Positions 20,548 to 22,420 of a stretch of 22,420 nucleotides of DNA are shown here, piece after piece (position 1 is the stretch's first letter; every line of letters begins with the position of its first letter). The DNA is from Chthonomonadales bacterium (GTDB taxonomy: Bacteria; Armatimonadota; Chthonomonadetes; Chthonomonadales; Chthonomonadaceae), in contig JBBQPO010000070.1 of assembly GCA_038217285.1 (NCBI GenBank), positions 1 to 22,420 of the forward strand. Direction: 5' to 3'. The notes beneath the pieces were generated by a model. The model ran no database searches and was not told where the DNA came from. It worked only from the letters and a program-made list of their open reading frames with translations. Both the position numbers and the translations under genes were made by a program.

Positions 20548-22419
20548 CTAGAGCGCGAAGACCCACTTCATCATGACACGCTGCGCGAAGCGGCGGGCGT
20601 TGGGATCCCCGACGATGAAATAGGTGTCCAGGCCGCCGCGTCCTGCATTGCGATAGGAGAGATAGACGTTCATGTCTGCGTCCTGAATGACGAGCCGCCC
20701 GCCCCAGGAACGGAAGGGGCTTAGCTCATAGTTGAACGTCAGAATATGCTGCTGACTTATCCCATTGTAGTTCTGCACGAACGAGCCGAGGGAGATATCG
20801 AGCTTTTTGAGAACGCGCAGGCTGAGCGAGGGACCGAAAGCCGTGTAGGGCCGATTGGCCTGCGTGCCGGTCGTAAAACTCAGTCCCCATTGGTGAAAGC
20901 GGTTAGAAACACCACCCCCAAGGTTGAAGCCATACGTGAGATCGCTGTCGTTATCGAACTTTCCGCCCTCTACGCTGATCCCAATCTTGTAGTCGCTGCG
21001 GGTCTCAATATTCAGTCCGATCCCGGCCCGACGTCGAAAGGGTCTGCCGTCCTGGTGCCAGTCGAATGTGGGGAAGAAGCTGAACTCGAAGTTGCGGAGG
21101 CTGCCATGTCGCCATTCGGCGCCCCAGTCCAGGAAGCCGGACCAGCCTCGATAGTCGTTGAAGTCGATCAGGCCGAGACGGTCGACAAACGTTTCGCCGA
21201 CATCGCGGTACCGCATCGTGGCGAACAGGTTTTTATCTTCCAGGTTGCCGGCGCCTGTCCACGCCAGCCCGCTTGCCTGAGGGCCGAGCGACTTTGCGAC
21301 CTGTCCGTCCACGGACCACTTGCCCCAGCGCGAATGCGGCGAAAAGACTGCAACCGTGTTATCCTCTCCGGCCTTGACTCGCTGCAGCAGCGAAACACTC
21401 GCACCGGTCGTGGGACCGAAGTCGCGGCGCAGTTGAGCGACCAGATTGTTCTCCCGACCCGGCGCGAAGGTTCCCAGCACTCCCAGGGTCGTCTGTGGTG
21501 TGATCTTGCCATAGGTCTTCAGCCCGACGTCTACGAACTCGATACGGCGAGAGTAGAACAGGTTGCCTAGCTGATAGTCCGCTCCCGAGTTGAGGTAGTC
21601 GCGGCCTTCCAGAAAGAAGGGTCGTTTGTCGGGCACAAAGCGTTCGCTGCGCGAAAAGGCGATGCTCTCGATGGCGCCCTCGACGCTCGCAAAATCCGGG
21701 TTGAGCGTCCCGACCGCCGTGATCTCCGGAGTGGGCTGGTACCGGGCATCCAGGCCTGCGCGGAGGCTGCTCGAACCGGAGCCGACCTGCCCCGTCGGCA
21801 GGAGATAGGGCAAGAAGGAGAGCCTGGGTTTCCAACCCTGTGAAGGCGCCTCGACGTTGAGCCAGCGGCCTTCTCGCTCTTGAAAGCCCTGCGGTCCGAG
21901 ATTGCTCCACTGCGATTCGATCCGGGTTCGTGGCTGCACTCGCCGAAAGTTGAGGCCGATCGTCAGCCGAGCGGCGCGCGGATACGACAGAATTCCCCAG
22001 GGAATCCGCATCTCCGCCGTCCATCCGGTCGGAGTTCGGCGAGTCGCGGCATCCCAGTCCCCCTGCCACTCCAGTTTCCCCGCCCGCCCGCCGCCCAACT
22101 GCGCATTGCGTGTGCCCAGCGGATTGACCATGAAAACGCTGCGGTCTTCGTGCTTGAAAGAGAGAAAGGTGTCGAGAAAGATCGCCACGGAATCGTCATG
22201 GTCCAATTGGGCGTCGCGGATCGTTTCCCGGGCCACAATGCCGTTCGGCTGACTGTCTGTACAGACAAATCCCACATACAAGTACTTCTTATCGGACGTC
22301 AGGTAGGCGACGGTCTGATCGGCTACAGGTTTTCCGGACTGGGTATCGTAAAACGTCATGGCCCGGGCGGCGGACTTCCATGCCACGTCGTTGAGATCAC
22401 CGTCAATGACCGGTGGCTT
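20548..22419 (-). CDS. CBM9-like carbohydrate-binding + DUF5916 domain protein, 5'-partial
   Basis: The frame is open to the window edge (KPPVIDGDLNDVAWK..). YLYVGFVCTD, DDSVAIFLDTF, FMVNPLG, GWTAEMRIPW (CBM9-like), TLNPDFASVE..RFVPDKRPFFLEG..LFYSRRI (DUF5916), and an amphipathic beta-rich C-terminus ending MKWVFAL. Confidence 0.9.
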   Translation of the reverse strand, partial: KPPVIDGDLNDVAWKSAARAMTFYDTQSGKPVADQTVAYLTSDKKYLYVGFVCTDSQPNGIVARETIRDAQLDHDDSVAIFLDTFLSFKHEDRSVFMVNPLGTRNAQLGGGRAGKLEWQGDWDAATRRTPTGWTAEMRIPWGILSYPRAARLTIGLNFRRVQPRTRIESQWSNLGPQGFQEREGRWLNVEAPSQGWKPRLSFLPYLLPTGQVGSGSSSLRAGLDARYQPTPEITAVGTLNPDFASVEGAIESIAFSRSERFVPDKRPFFLEGRDYLNSGADYQLGNLFYSRRIEFVDVGLKTYGKITPQTTLGVLGTFAPGRENNLVAQLRRDFGPTTGASVSLLQRVKAGEDNTVAVFSPHSRWGKWSVDGQVAKSLGPQASGLAWTGAGNLEDKNLFATMRYRDVGETFVDRLGLIDFNDYRGWSGFLDWGAEWRHGSLRNFEFSFFPTFDWHQDGRPFRRRAGIGLNIETRSDYKIGISVEGGKFDNDSDLTYGFNLGGGVSNRFHQWGLSFTTGTQANRPYTAFGPSLSLRVLKKLDISLGSFVQNYNGISQQHILTFNYELSPFRSWGGRLVIQDADMNVYLSYRNAGRGGLDTYFIVGDPNARRFAQRVMMKWVFAL

Positions 22420-22420
22420 C

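Overview
High-GC bacterial chromosomal window. An Armatimonadota- or PVC-like host is my impression from gene content and is not demonstrated. From left to right: (1) the end of a probable IS21-family element (four 23-bp tandem units ending in ...TTTTGCA at 139), inserted into and truncating (2) a secreted protein with three Ig-like repeats and an FN3-like domain; (3) an AT-rich divergent control region with two recognisable sigma70 promoters, several dyads and a structured ~180-nt leader holding a 4-codon mini-ORF; (4) gltB, an orphan 16-Cys multi-zinc-finger gene, and gltD; (5) a small exported OB-fold-like protein; (6) a compact four-gene minus-strand operon of the uncharacterised planctomycete type (DUF1549/DUF1553, Tat-exported DUF1501, cytochrome c-WD40, PPC-domain protein), with an operator-like palindrome array in its promoter; (7) a 180-bp REPIN/MITE-like nested-hairpin element; (8) a two-domain ALDH16-type aldehyde dehydrogenase; (9) a 5'-partial CBM9-like/DUF5916 gene. 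The best candidates for undescribed biology are the gltB leader (possible attenuator), the zinc-finger gene inside gltBD and the DUF1501 envelope module. All calls come from reading motifs by eye; no searches or folding programs were run.
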